From the NCBI GenBank assembly GCA_010909165.1, contig MU008228.1, positions 1 to 64,000 on the forward strand: a stretch of DNA of 64,000 bases, given 5' to 3'. The DNA comes from Anthoceros angustus (lineage: Eukaryota; Plantae; Anthocerotophyta). The notes below the pieces were generated by a model. That model did no database searches, was not told where the DNA came from, and saw only the letters and a program-made list of their open reading frames with translations. The position numbers and the translations under genes were made by a program. This document shows, piece by piece, positions 39,199 to 51,459 of the stretch (positions within the stretch are counted from its first letter, which is position 1; the number at the start of each line of letters is the position of its first letter).

Positions 39199-39427
39199 TT
39201 CCATAAGAGGAAGACTGGACATCTGCAGGCGATTAGGTAAGCTTCAGGGCTTCATCCACCCTGCATCGTCCAAACATCATGCTTTGTCTTGCAAACAACC
39301 ATCCTTATCACTTGGCTTGTGCATACAGGGCCTGTGACTGTAGGGAGAAGGATCTACAACACCTTTCACCCTCAACCGGTGCTCATGCACCACCCCAACC
39401 ACACACACCCAGATAAGTGGTCAGAAG

Positions 39428-39770
39428 TCACATACCCGCAAATGACTGAAAATAGGCTGAAAAATCCTGGAGTCCCATGCTACTCATGTGCTGATAATGT
39501 TTTTGCTTTGGCAGACCCTTGGTCTGGATATCAACTACATTGTCACCTGTTGCTACATAACCAACCTTGACAACTCCGCTTTCAACAACATCTGGTATGC
39601 AATGGTGCTGAATTTCGATGTGTTTAGTCCTTGAGTGGAACTTCGGGTTCGCCACAAGGGCCAGGGCAGACATATTGTCACATAGGAGGGGTGTTGGAGC
39701 ATCTTGTCCTTGTCCTAGGTCCTTCAGGAAACTCCGCTCCCACTCAACCTCCTTCGAGGCATCAGTAAGA
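39428..39770 (-). mobile_element. Ty1/copia RNase H C-terminal fragment
   Basis: KEVEWERSFLKDLG...PTPLLCDNMSALALVANPKFHSRTKHIEIQHH...DNVVDIQTKGLP. Confidence 0.92.
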
Positions 39771-40374
39771 GATCAATGATCAGTCGACTAGACCAGACCC
39801 AATGTGGATTAGTCAAACTAGACTCAGCTAGTTGGTAGTTAGTTAACTAGCAGGCTAGTGAAAGGACACACCCCCTCGTAACCATCCTTATAAGCCAACC
39901 TATGAACCGAACATATTTATTGTTAATAATGCATCTGCTTGATGCAAGACGCTTCCGCATATGCATCTCTAACTTGCACGTGTATTGCGCACCGTCTACA
40001 TTGCAAGGTGGTTGGGGTTAGTAGAAAGGCGCTTAGCAACCTTTGCCCATGAAAGTGCGTGCCCTAAAAAAGCACCAAGCATAAGAGATTGGGGATGCAC
40101 ACAAACCTTCTTGATCCAAGGAATTCAATTTCGTAAGCCCTAATTGTGTTGTAGGTGGAATTTGTGCAGTCACTAACTAAACACGAGCTTGTGTGTAGTC
40201 ACTAACTAAACACCATGTGCGTTGTTAGAGCTTGTGTGCAGCAATACCGCGATGTCGTGTCCGCGACCAAGATCTCGTGGCGTGAGAGGAGGCGGTAAAC
40301 TCAACTTGTGGATCTGCTAAGCAAAGTCAGGCTATCTCAAGCAATCCTTGGAAGCTGCCCTGCAAAGCCAAGTC

Positions 40375-42470
40375 AGACAATCTTAAGCAAACAAGGTGCA
40401 GCGGGCCTTGTGTACGGATGGACGTCCAATAGCATCGTAGATTGGATAATACTTTCTCTTTTCATCCCGTTGGCTAAGAACCGATCCGACGGCGAAGGCT
40501 GAAACGTCGACAAAAACATGAAATTTCTTGCTCCAATCCGGCCCCCTCAGCGTCGGTATAGCTGATGTCATTAGAGATCTGGAATGCCTCCTCACGCCTC
40601 GACGCGTCCATTCCTACACCGATATTTTCGGCGGGCCGTTAGTGGGGCAGCCGTTTGGCAAAATTCGAAGCAGGCGTCACATGTGCGGGCCATTCCAAGG
40701 AACCCACGAAGTTCCTTCAGCGTTGTTGGAGCTCTAAGGGCAGCTATCACCTTTACCTTGTCTGGATCAACTTCTATACCTCGATCCGAAATTCGATGCC
40801 CCAACAGGATACCTTCCGACATGCCAAAGTAGCACTTCTCTGGATGCAAACACAATTGCATGGCTCGACATCGTTCCAGACACTTTTGGAGGTGCATCAA
40901 ATGGTCCTTCTTAGTTCCAAACACGCAAAATTCGTCCAAGAAAACTTTCATAAGGTCCCGGAGGAAGTCCTTGACTATTTTAACAATTGTTCGCATGAAG
41001 GAACCAGGCGCTCCTGTCAACCCGAATGCGCTACGTTTGTAAGCATATGTTCCCCAATCTGTTATAAAGGCGGTTAGTGGCCAGTCACTTTCCCTGAGAT
41101 GCAGCTGGTTGTAACTTGAATACCCATCCAAGAAGGAATATGCCATCCTGCCCGCGACCAGATCTAAAATGTTGTCGATGAAAACGGAAAATGATCCTTC
41201 TTGGTGACTTTATTCAACCTTCGCCAATCTTGGCAAACCCGGATCTTTTTGTCTCTTAGGCACCACAACGATCGGAGCCACCCATTCTGTCGACAATCTT
41301 AAGCAAACAAGGTGCTGGCCTTGTGTACTGGATGCGTCAATAGCATCGTAGATTGGATAATACTTTCTCTTTTCATCCCGTTGGCTAAGAACCGATCCGA
41401 CGGCGAAGGCTGAAACGTCGACAAAAACATGAAATTTCTTGCTCCAATCCGGCCCCCTCAGCGTCGGCGCTGTAGCCAGTGTCATTCGTAGATCCTGGAA
41501 TGCCTCCTCACGCTCTGACGTCCATTCCTACACCTGATATTTTCTCAGCAGGCCCGTTAGTGGGGCAGCCCGTTTGGCAAAATTCGAAACGAAGCGTCTG
41601 TAATACCCGACCATTCCAAGGAACCCACGAAGTTCCTTCAGCGTTGTTGGAGCTCTAAGGGCAGCTATCACCTTTACCTTGTCTGGATCAACTTCTATAC
41701 CTCGATCCGAAATTCGATGCCCCAACAGGATACCTTCCGACATGCCAAAGTAGCACTTCTCTGGATGCAAACACAATTGCATGGCTCGACATCGTTTACA
41801 CTTTTGAGGTGCATCAAATGGTCCTTCTTAGTTCCAAACACGCAAAATTCGTCCAAGAAAACTTTCATAAGGTCCCGGAGGAAGTCCTTGACTATTTTAA
41901 CAATTGTTCGCATGAAGGAACCAGCGCTCACAACCGAATGCGCTTACGCTTGTATGTTCAATCAACTGCTATAAAGGCGGTTAGTGGCCAGTCACTTTCC
42001 CTGAGATGCAGCTGGTTGTAACTTGAATACCCATCCAAGAAGGAATATGCCATCCTGCCCGCGACCAGATCTAAAATGTTGTCGATGAAAGGCAACGGAA
42101 AATGATCCTTCTTGGTGACTTTATTCAACCTTCGCCAATCTTGGCAAACCCGGATCTTTCTTGACTGTCTCTTAGGCACCACAACGATCGGAGCCACCCA
42201 TTCTGTACTGACAATAGGATAGATCACATCCGCTTTGAGATACAGCTCCAACTGATCTTTTACCTTCAATGAGTACTTAGGGTTTAACTTGTACTGCGGA
42301 ATCCTTACTGGAATTGCCCCTGGTTCCAGGTCGATCTTATGCTCCCCCCACTCCTTGGGTATACCCTTCATATCGGTCACCTCGAAGGCAAAGACACCAA
42401 TGAATTTCGCAAGCAGCTGTTTCATGCCCTCCTCAAGCGCTGCATTCATTGTTCTGGAGAATTTGAGCAC
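40375..42470 (-). mobile_element. Athila/Tat-like Ty3/gypsy RT and start of RNase H; the RT C-terminal ~915 bp is tandemly duplicated; integrase missing
   Basis: TEWVAPIVVVPK, VCQDWRRLNKVTKKDHFPLPFID, FLDGYSSYNQ, VFLDEFCVF, LHPEKC, ELRGFLG, FHVFVDVSAFAVGSVLSQ. The segment recurs at 40375-41290 and 41290-42205. Confidence 0.92.
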
Positions 42471-42970
42471 TTTTCCTGGAAGTACCTCAACATCATTGAT
42501 TTCATCCGCCTGTACCCATTCACGCTCTACCGGTGCGGAGCTGACTCCAAACCCTTCCTCTGGCTCTCACGGCTCCTCTTCTCGCATGCCCCATTCTCTA
42601 AACAGATCTTCTGAGGTGAAGCGCGTGATGCCCATTCCATTGTCCTCAACCGGTTGTTCTTGCACTTCGCTCCCTCCTTCTCCCATCAAAATCCTAGTGC
42701 GATCAATGACAAATACACCGTGTGACCCACCAGTTAATCGTGTGGAATATCTCTCCGATAATCCTGTTCCTCATCAGACCATGAGATGTGCGCGAAAGGA
42801 AATTTATCTTCTTCTTCCGTCTGTCCTAACGTGTCCTCAGCTATGGTATACCCATCCGTTTCCGTTGGAGTCTCGCCAGCATACATATCCTTACTCCAGG
42901 ATAAGCAAATCCTACCCTCATTAGTCTTAGGATCCCACTTTAGAGGTTTAAAACCAACTTCCTTTCTTCC

Positions 42971-43807
42971 TCATTTGAGCGTGCATTGCGATCCATACAT
43001 CCATGTTCGGCCAATTAAAACGTTATACCCCGGCAACTTTTGCTTGATGACTACATAATCCATTAGATAGGGAATGGTTCCAATGGTCGTTAGCACGCTT
43101 GTTAGTTCCCCTACTGGCACCATTCTGGACATGTCTGCCAGCCGCAGAACTTTGGAGGTGTGTTCGATTTCCAGCCCCAATTTCCTGGCCGTGTCCTCCG
43201 TCATGATATTCACGCCCGCTCCCGTATCGAGAAGTACCCCTTTGATGACGCACCCTGAGATCTCTACCTGGAGTTCAGCCGGGCCTTGGTCCACCATGGA
43301 TACCAGATTCACAGCAAGTGGCCTTGACCCCGGTTTAGGAAGGCTTCGCTTTTTCTTGGGTTGGGCTTCCTTCAATGCCCTCCTGATCTGCTGCCTATAC
43401 CGCGGGTTGTCTCGAAGGAGTTGTCCGAATGTGATCATGAAATGCTGGTCCATGATGGCCTCCGCTAAGTTAAAAGGAGCACTTGCTCGTTCCTTCCCTC
43501 CACCAGGGTTTGTGTTGATTCCAGGCCCCATCACCGTTATGCTCCGAGGTACGGTGGCTCTCTTAGGTGGGGTGGCGGACTCTGGTGGGGAGGCAGTGGA
43601 AACTGGCACCCCAGATTGCACCACCGTGGTCGTTTTTCCTAACTCCTCCTCGATCATATCCATAACCTCTTCCCGTACGTCTGGTGGAAACCCTAACTCA
43701 GCTTTTTCCTGCTTGGCAGTTTCTACTGGAGTTTGTAAATCCGCACCTTCTACGACTGCCTCCGTCGGCAATTCCTTTCCCTCTTTCGAATTTCCACACT
43801 CGCCCAC
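42971..43807 (-). CDS. Retrotransposon aspartic protease region
   Basis: VLLDTGAGVNIM catalytic motif, followed by LRLAD...PVGEL...DYVVI...VLIGRTW. Confidence 0.9.
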   Translation of the reverse strand: MGECGNSKEGKELPTEAVVEGADLQTPVETAKQEKAELGFPPDVREEVMDMIEEELGKTTTVVQSGVPVSTASPPESATPPKRATVPRSITVMGPGINTNPGGGKERASAPFNLAEAIMDQHFMITFGQLLRDNPRYRQQIRRALKEAQPKKKRSLPKPGSRPLAVNLVSMVDQGPAELQVEISGCVIKGVLLDTGAGVNIMTEDTARKLGLEIEHTSKVLRLADMSRMVPVGELTSVLTTIGTIPYLMDYVVIKQKLPGYNVLIGRTWMYGSQCTLK

Positions 43808-43816
43808 TGGAACACT

Positions 43817-44761
43817 CTATGTTTCTCGCGCGCCGTCTCCCTGCCCAGTTTGTTCCTCTGCCAAAATACCTGATGTGCTCGGGTCCCTTCTGTCCTTAAA
43901 CACCGTTTCTGCAAATTTTGGTATTTCCTCGCTTGACGCGACTGAGACACGCTCCCCCTCATCCGACCCTGTGGTTGTATCGGTCTCCTTCCTTCTTTTC
44001 TTTCCCCCCCGTCTCTTTTCCTTTGCTTTTGAGCTCCGCAACCTGACGACCATGGCGGATGCTTCCCCATAATAATCGCTATCCATGGCATCCAAACCCT
44101 CTAACAACACATAACCCTCCACGTCAATTCCCCTAAACCTCTCATAGAAGGCGTTTTTCAATTCTTCAAAGGTGGCGGATGACTTGAGATACTCGCGCCT
44201 GTCCCACTTTGCCGGACCTCCCCGAAGAACTCCATAGAACAACTGAATGCGTTGTGTATCGCCCCCTTCTTGGTTTGCAAACGTCAGCTGTTCAAAACGC
44301 TCAACAAACTCATCAGGATCCTCATACCCCTTCTCCTCCCCATACAACGGGTAAGGTTGCTTGGAGGTGACAGCCACCGGCACTGTGGTGGACATGACTA
44401 TCGTGGCTGATTCGGCAACCGTGGCTGATTCAGCAACGTGTCCTGCGAGAGTTGATTGGACGGCAACAGTCTGCACACACCCGGGAGAGAGATCCGAAGA
44501 CAAGATTGGACCAAAGTTCCTCGGCCGTGGTACCTCGTCCAAGACCATAGATTGGAGATCTTGCTCCAACAAGATCGTACCCCCGAATCCCGGTCGATTC
44601 CTTACTTCCCTCCCCCTTCCAGCAAGTGCGTCTTCCAATTGGGTCCTCCTCAACTCCCGATTCGCAACCCTTTTCAACCTTTCCAGTGCTTGGCGCTGTC
44701 GCTTTACTTGAGGCTTCTCTTCCCGCCTTGACTCTGAACACTCCGACTCAACTCGTGGCAT
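43817..44761 (-). CDS. Retrotransposon gag
   Basis: DPDEFVERFEQL...IQLFYGVLRGGPAKW...ATFEELKNAFYERF. Lies just downstream of the PBS and upstream of the protease. Confidence 0.88.
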   Translation of the reverse strand: MPRVESECSESRREEKPQVKRQRQALERLKRVANRELRRTQLEDALAGRGREVRNRPGFGGTILLEQDLQSMVLDEVPRPRNFGPILSSDLSPGCVQTVAVQSTLAGHVAESATVAESATIVMSTTVPVAVTSKQPYPLYGEEKGYEDPDEFVERFEQLTFANQEGGDTQRIQLFYGVLRGGPAKWDRREYLKSSATFEELKNAFYERFRGIDVEGYVLLEGLDAMDSDYYGEASAMVVRLRSSKAKEKRRGGKKRRKETDTTTGSDEGERVSVASSEEIPKFAETVFKDRRDPSTSGILAEEQTGQGDGARET

Positions 44762-44843
44762 CCATCTACCAAACTAAGTGCACTCAAAAGCTAGACACCT
44801 AGGCTATGGTTAGTCTTTCCTATAATCCTGGCAACAGTTTCAT

Positions 44844-44861
44844 TCCCCGGCAACGGCGCCA
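44844..44861 (-). promoter_or_regulatory. Primer-binding site complementary to the 3-prime 18 nt of tRNA-Asp(GUC)
   Basis: Minus strand TGGCGCCGTTGCCGGGGA, 3 nt after the LTR end ...TTCCACA at 44865. Confidence 0.93.
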
Positions 44862-46388
44862 AAATGTGGAATGGGGTTTTGCGTCTAAAGACACAAGGAG
44901 GCCACATTTATCCTCTATGTCATTATAGTCCTAGGATTCGATCCCAAGGGAATGGTTTTGTGTCAAGATGTTCCAAAACTATGGACTCTAGCCCTACTAA
45001 AGTCAGTTCCTACCCAACCCTAACCAACTACCGTGTCCAAACCCACCACCGTGGTAAGTTCAGCCACCTCCGTGGTAGGCTCAGCCACCGCAGTAGCTGA
45101 TTCAATAACTGTGGCGGGCCCCACTCATCCTGCGCGTGCGCGCGACGCGACTGGCTATTTGACGCCCAGCTCCTCCGGCGTGGCCCTTAGGGATTATGGT
45201 CTCACACACACAGATTCGCACGTGCTCTAAGTCACACCCAAGGGTATTCACACCCAGAACTCACTGGTGGTACATACCATGGCTACGCACGCTGCGGCGC
45301 CTCACTCTTCACTGATTCGCTCTGACCCCACCATTTACTCCCCAATTCTCCTCATATGCCGGGCTCCCCAGACTCTCGCACTCACCACTTCCTAGACTCC
45401 TCTTTGCACAGCGACTCACTTCCCCTCTTCCTTCAAACACTCTCAGACACCACCACACGCAAGTTGCTCTCACCAATCCCTCTCTCGGGCCACACAGACC
45501 CTCTCCTGGGCCACACAAACCCCTCCCTTAGAGTTAGACACAATCCGGTCAGACAGCGGGTTGGGAAGAAGAGGGAGAAAACGCTGGACAGCATCAGGGG
45601 ATTTGCAGCGATCTCACCCTGGACTCCTGTGGAAATCTTCCCCTTCCGGCATACATAGCGCACCCGTCACCGCTATTCGCCCCAGAAGCGGAGCTTGGCC
45701 ACTCAACTCTCGACCATCCAGGGATCTCCCTGGCCCTCTTGTGACGAGAAGGCGGTGCACCGAATTAGTTCGTTATTGATCGGACGCCTCCAATCAACCT
45801 CGTGCGCAGATTCGACACATGGAAGCTCACACCTGAAATTGTCTATTAAGAGAGACACGAAAAAGGTCTCTTATACATCCAGCTACGGAACACCACAGCT
45901 CACTCTTCCTCAGTGTCTAAAAAAATTATGGCTAACCACAACGAGCGCACCTACCAATTCAGGTAACTACAGCTCCACAGGCCTTTCTAACACCTTATCC
46001 CCTAATCCAAGAAAAAGCCCCTGACCTATGATGCTGCTTCCCTCTAAAATCGCGGCGCCCGTCCATTATTCGCCGCCATGGGTGTTCCCCGCCTCCTACC
46101 ACGCCCGATCCGAACGATTCTCCTCAAAATCTCCACCTCACTTTCGCTACCCGTGGTTCCTTCACCTCTCCTGTGGGTGCCGCCTGCTCACGCCCCATGC
46201 ATGTTGTCCGCTTCTCATCAGCACACACCACAGTCGTTCCTCCCTCCACGCTCGGCCTCCGCCTCATCTCCTCAAGCACCACTTATGAGGGTATGCCCCA
46301 GCCCCGTCAAGGAACAATCAGACACCGTGGCGGTTAGATGTGCCCCGTGGTTACGCCCCCTCCCCTGTCCCAACAACCACATACACAT

Positions 46389-49300
46389 TTAGAGTGAGCA
46401 CCCGCTCACCATGCGAGCAAAGCAGGACCTAAGCATCCTCATCCGTGACGCGCGGCCTAATCGCCCTTCTCTGGAGGTCCTTACCTCTCTTCCGTGGACA
46501 ATCCGGATTGGCCTCCACGGAATCCAGGGAAGTTGCATCCCCGCCTGCAGCGTTCCTGTCGGTGGCTTCCCCCACCTCGGGTCCTCCTTCTGCGACGGTG
46601 GACGGTTTAGCCACCGTGGTAGCTGCTTCCTCAACGGTGGTCGCCGCCCATCGGTGGCCCTCTCCCCTCTTGGCTTGCCTCTCTTGACCCTGGCCCTAGC
46701 TCATCTCTCTCCCGCTTATACCTCTCCGCTAGTTTCTTGAACTTCTCCAGAGGCGCGAGCGTCTCCACCTGTTCTTGGACTCGCGAAACTTCATTCTGGA
46801 GCTCCTCAATTGTAGCATGCGCCCCTTTTACTTGGTTCACCAGGGCCTCCTATTGGGTGGACATAGCCCTCAGCTTCTCTTGTGTCTTGCTTAGTGCCTC
46901 CTCGTGACTCGCCATGTCCCTTGCCTTTTCTCGCCTCCAACCCCTCCAACTTTTCCTTGAGTAACTTCTCTTGTTGCCCCTGCACACTTAGATTCCCACA
47001 TTGGGCTGTCCCGGTGTCCATTCTCTTCCACAAAAAGCCCCGTACATGGGCTGTATCACTTGCCCCCGCTCCAGCTGGACAGGCCAATGGGGTATCTCCA
47101 AAAATGTCCTTGAGCTCCGGGAGAACTCGGCTTGAATTAACCTTCCTCCCTAGGGATTGGTCTGCAGCTGTCTCCTCATTCGTAAAAAACTCCCCAAGGC
47201 CATGCCGTCTCCGCTCAGGAGGGTAAGCCACCGTTCCCTTTCGCCTCCTTCCGCCTTCTGGCGGCCTTCGACTTGGTGATCCGAGGTGTGGTTGTGGGCT
47301 CCTCCTCCACTGCGGCTGTTCTCCCCTTTTTGGTCAACCCCCGTTCGGTCGTTGTTGCCTTCCTCTTCTTACTCCTTGTAGCCTCTCCACCTTTATCCGA
47401 ATCTTCTGGTGCCGCGAATTCCCAACTGCTGGAATCCTTCCCTGAATCTTCCTTGGACTCTTCTTCCTCTACCTTGAGCTCCCTGACCGATTTCCAGCTA
47501 TGAAGGGCAGACACAACCTCCAACTCAGTTAGGCATTCGGAATACGCAAACACATGAATCAGGATGGGCGAGATCAAAGAGGGGCGAGGGGAGGGGGAGA
47601 GCAAATTCGCCCTCTCTTCAGATGCCCTCTCAAAAATCATCCTCCCCCATTCAATCCGTGTGCCCTTAACTACTTTATGAAGGAAGACCAGGAAGTGGTC
47701 CGCCATGTGATCCAATTTCCTGCCCGCAGAAAACACAAAATCCACTTGGCCAACCCCACGAGTTGCACAGACGCGAGTTGGCGGGTCACCCATCCATTGT
47801 TAACCCGCACCTCCCTGTGCTTCATGATTGCTGCAGCCTTTTTAGGGTCTTCTTCCTCTCGGGGTCAATTACCAAACTCCCATCCTCCGATTCCTCTCGC
47901 CCATACACTGCCCGAAAGAGTCCCAAGTCCCAATTTAGTGGCCTCTTTCTCATGTCGCCCTCCTGCGACCTGGCCCTCAATTGGCGGGCGCATTCCTGCA
48001 CCAATGCTGGACTGTCATAACACCATTTCTTCTCCATGAAGCTCAATCCCAACTCCTGCACAAGGCCGCCAGCTCTAACCTTCCAGTGGTCCATATTGGG
48101 CCCTGCGTCAGAGATCTCTGCACCGCGGCAGGCGCCATCTCTCCGCCTCCGCCTGTCCGGTTCAAGCTCCTCAATGTATGCGCCTTTTACTTGGTTCACG
48201 GGGCCTCCTATTGGGTGGACAGCCCTCGACTCTTGTGTCTTGCTTAGTGCCTCCTCGCCTCCCGCTTGCAGTCCTCTGCTGCTTTTCGCTCTCCAACCCC
48301 TCCAACTTTTCCTTGAGTAACTTCTCTTGTTTGCACATAGATTCCCCTTGGGGTCATCCAGGTGTCCATTCTCTTCCACAAAAGCCCCGTACATGGGTGT
48401 ATCACTTGCCTCCACCTGGGCCAGATGATGGGGTATCTCCAAAAATGTCCTTGAGCTCCGGGGAGAACCTGGCTGCTGGAATTAACCCTTCCTCCCCTAG
48501 GGATTGGTCTGCAGCTGTCTCCTCATTCGTAAAAAACTCCCCAAGCAGTTGCGATTCGTCCTCCGCTCCAGCAGGAGGGGTAAGCCACCGTTTCCCTTTC
48601 GCTTTCCCCTCCTTCTCCCGCGGCCCTGCTGGCGTCTTCGACTTGGTGATCCGAGGTGTGGTTGTGGGCTCCTCCTCCACTGCGGCTGTTCTCCCCTTTT
48701 TGGTCAACCCCCGTTCGGTCGTTGTTGCCTTCCTCTTCTTACTCCTTGTAGCCTCTCCACCTTTATCCGAATCTTCTGGTGCCGCGAATTCCCAACTGCT
48801 GGAATCCTTCCCTGAATCTTCCTTGGACTCTTCTTCCTCTACCTTGAGCTCCCTGACCGATTTCCAGCTATGAAGGGCAGACACAACCTCCAACTCAGTT
48901 AGGCATTCGGAATACGCAAACACATGAATCAGGATGGGCGAGATCAAAGAGGGGCGAGGGGAGGGGGAGAGCAAATTCGCCCTCTCTTCAGATGCCCTCT
49001 CAAAAATCATCCTCCCCCATTCAATCCGTGTGCCCTTAACTACTTTATGAAGGAAGACCAGGAAGTGGTCCGCCATGTGATCCAATTTCCGGTTCTGCAG
49101 AAAACACAAAATCCACTTGGCCAACCCCACGAGTTGCACAGACGCGAGTTGGCGGGTCACCCATCCATTGTTAACCCGCACCTCCCCAGGCTTCATGATT
49201 GCGGCCGCTGCAGCTTTTAGGGTCTTCTTCCTCTGGGGGTCAATTACCAAACTCCCATCCTCCGATTCCTCTCGCCCATACACTGCCCGAAAGAGTCCCA

Positions 49301-49640
49301 AGTCCCAATTTAGTGGCCTCTTTCTCATGTCGCCTCCCCGCGACCGGCCTCAATTGGCGGGGCGATTCTCGCACTAATGCCGGACTCATAACACCATTTC
49401 TTCTCCATGAAGCTCAATCCCAACTCGCACAAGGTCAGCCTCTAACCTTCCAGTGGTCCATATTGGGCCACTGCATCGGGATCTCTGCGCAGCCCGAGGC
49501 GCCATCTCTCCCCCTCCGCCCCGTTCAAGCTCCTCAGGCTCTACTTCCAACCACGGTTCGGGGGGAGGATTCTCCTTCGAGCCCGCGATCCCCTCCTCCG
49601 CCTCGGACTTGCCTCACTTCTCCAGTTTGTCCGCCTTGAT
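46389..49640 (-). pseudogene. LTR-embedded accessory ORF (globular N-terminal domain, acidic/basic linker, coiled coil), partly duplicated and frameshifted
   Basis: ORFs 48402-49328, 47822-48442, 47215-47793 and 46631-46840. Homologous to the ORFs at 52793-53697. Confidence 0.75.
46801..49535. repeat. ~1,365-bp tandem duplication inside the LTR
   Basis: 46801-48165 matches 48166-49535. GCTCCTCA is present at all three junctions. Confidence 0.9.
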
Positions 49641-50274
49641 GCGTCGGGCCTTTTCCTCCGCCGCCGCTGTTGCCGACGCGGCGCCCACCCGTGCTCCTGC
49701 CACTAACGCCACCTGCACAGCAAAAGAAAACCCTCGTTCTATGCGCGGCTGCATGCGCGTGTCCTTCGCCCAGCTCCGCTAAAGTCCTGATCCAGTCACC
49801 AACTTCAGCTCGCTCACTCCTTGAAATCTGCAATTTGATCAGTGTGGTCTTCCTTCGATTCGCGCTCAGGCTTGCTCAACTTATCACAACCTCGGCTCCG
49901 CCACTAGGGTTGTTAACTCCCCCTGGCCTGTACAACCCATTCCCGGCCACCGTTGTGGAAGTAACCACCTCCCCACTTCTCTGCACCACTGTTGCCAGAT
50001 GAAGGGTACCCCTAGCATATATAGACACTTTTTATTTCTAAAAATGCCAAGGTCTAAGGACTTTCTAACCTGGCCTGACATACCCAGAGTCGAAGTCCAA
50101 GGATTAATTATGTATAAAAATATTATTGCCATGGCCAAGGATCACTTTTAGTATAAAAGGCCTTGCCCCGGACGATTTCTAAGCGTTCTATCACACCAAA
50201 CATTAGAAAAAACAAAAAAAATCATTTAAACCGACAGTTGAGGGAAGGGTTAGTGTACATGTGGTCTCCCACAC

Positions 50275-51459
50275 AAGCTGATAACACCAAGTACTGAGCC
50301 ACTAAATTCAAAAGTGATTGACTGGCAGACTGGTGAAGAAGGTATAGTGTTAATGGAGTTGTTTGGAGGGATCAGCGCTGGCTTGATGGCCATGCTACGT
50401 TGTGGAGTGAAGATACAAAAGTACGTGTATTGTGATGTGGATCCAATAGCTCAGCAGTGTCCGCAGTATCACGATGCAGACATGTGGCCCGAAAGTTGTA
50501 AGGCACCACTCAATTTCCAAAAGCAACTACCAGCAAATGTACGACACATTGGTTGGGATCACATTGAGAGTTTGGAAATGCCAGTGGATCTGGTTATAGC
50601 AGGATGGGAGTGTCAAGGGATGTCTGGCAGCAGGACGTGGACAAGGGCTGGATGATGCGCGATCTGCGCTATTCTTTGAGTTGGTTAGGATCATGAGGCT
50701 CATTCAGCAGAAGCAAGAGAAGCCATGTCGTTCTTTGAAAATGCCCCACCTGGTTTTGATAGAAGAACGCAGGTGAAGGAGAGTATGCATATGGTCCGTG
50801 GAATACTAGGTATGGAGATATACATGGATGCCACACAAATGGGATCCCTAGCTCATAGGCTGCGGAGTATCTGGACTAACCTTGCACCAACAAAGCATTT
50901 GATAGCATGTAGAGATGTCACAATCCTAGCGAAAAGATGTGTCAAGGAAGTCTTAACACCCGATAGGTTTCCAGCTGAAGTGCTGAGAAGAGAAGTGATG
51001 CCACAATTTGCAGTCAATGAAGTAGGGCAGCCCAGGGCTGCATGGCCAACGTTTGTGAGTGCCAGTAAGTCATTTGCTTTTGGATATCCAGGTGCACTAG
51101 GAAGAATTATGAACGCTGAGGGTGAGGATGAAGGAGAGCCTAGCCCCATAGAAAGGGAAATGGCTATGGGCTATGCTTGGGGACATACAGCTATTGAAGG
51201 TATCACGGTTAGAGAGCATTGTAGATTGATTGGACAAGCGTTAGATATGAATATGCTAATCTAGTTGTGTAGTACGTGCATTGTATATCAATGGAGCATG
51301 CCTGGTGACAAGAAAACTGTCAAAGCAAAAAGTGCTACTTATGGTAAATGCAAGAAGGGAGAGAAGATAAGTATCAGGAGCTTACGTTGGCATGAAACCA
51401 TGGTAGCTGAAGCAGTGAAAGAAGTAAAGTTTAAAGAATTCAAGTGGGATCAATCCTGA
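50275..51459 (+). pseudogene. C5-cytosine DNA methyltransferase domain (DNMT3-like, non-permuted) at the head of a Ty3/gypsy pol
   Basis: Motif I LMELFGGISAG, II YVYCDVD, IV DLVIAGWECQGMS, GLDDARSALFFELVRI (+1 frame), VI FFENA, VIII DATQMGSLAHRLRSIWTNL, IX EREMAMGY, X RLIGQALD. Two frameshifts and one TAG. Confidence 0.9.

Larger units (their letters stand above)
44865..50273 (-). mobile_element. ~5.4-kb 5-prime LTR (TGTGG...CCACA) of the Athila/Tat-like element
   Basis: The inner end abuts the PBS. The outer CCACA at 50269-50273 is where the foreign methyltransferase frame begins. Contains a ~1.37-kb tandem duplication. Confidence 0.72.

Noticed and set aside
43074-44072. 332-aa plus-strand ORF and similar long antisense ORFs (48178-48873, 55389-55886, 62326-62823)
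   Set aside because: Shadow frames opposite recognisable gag/protease, accessory or PPR coding sequence.
44844-44861. tRNA-Asp gene
   Set aside because: Only the 3-prime 18 nt including CCA match, in PBS position next to an LTR; no cloverleaf.
50275-51459. Host DRM or CMT methyltransferase gene
   Set aside because: Motif order is not permuted, there are no UBA, chromo or BAH domains or introns, and it runs directly into a retrotransposon RT.
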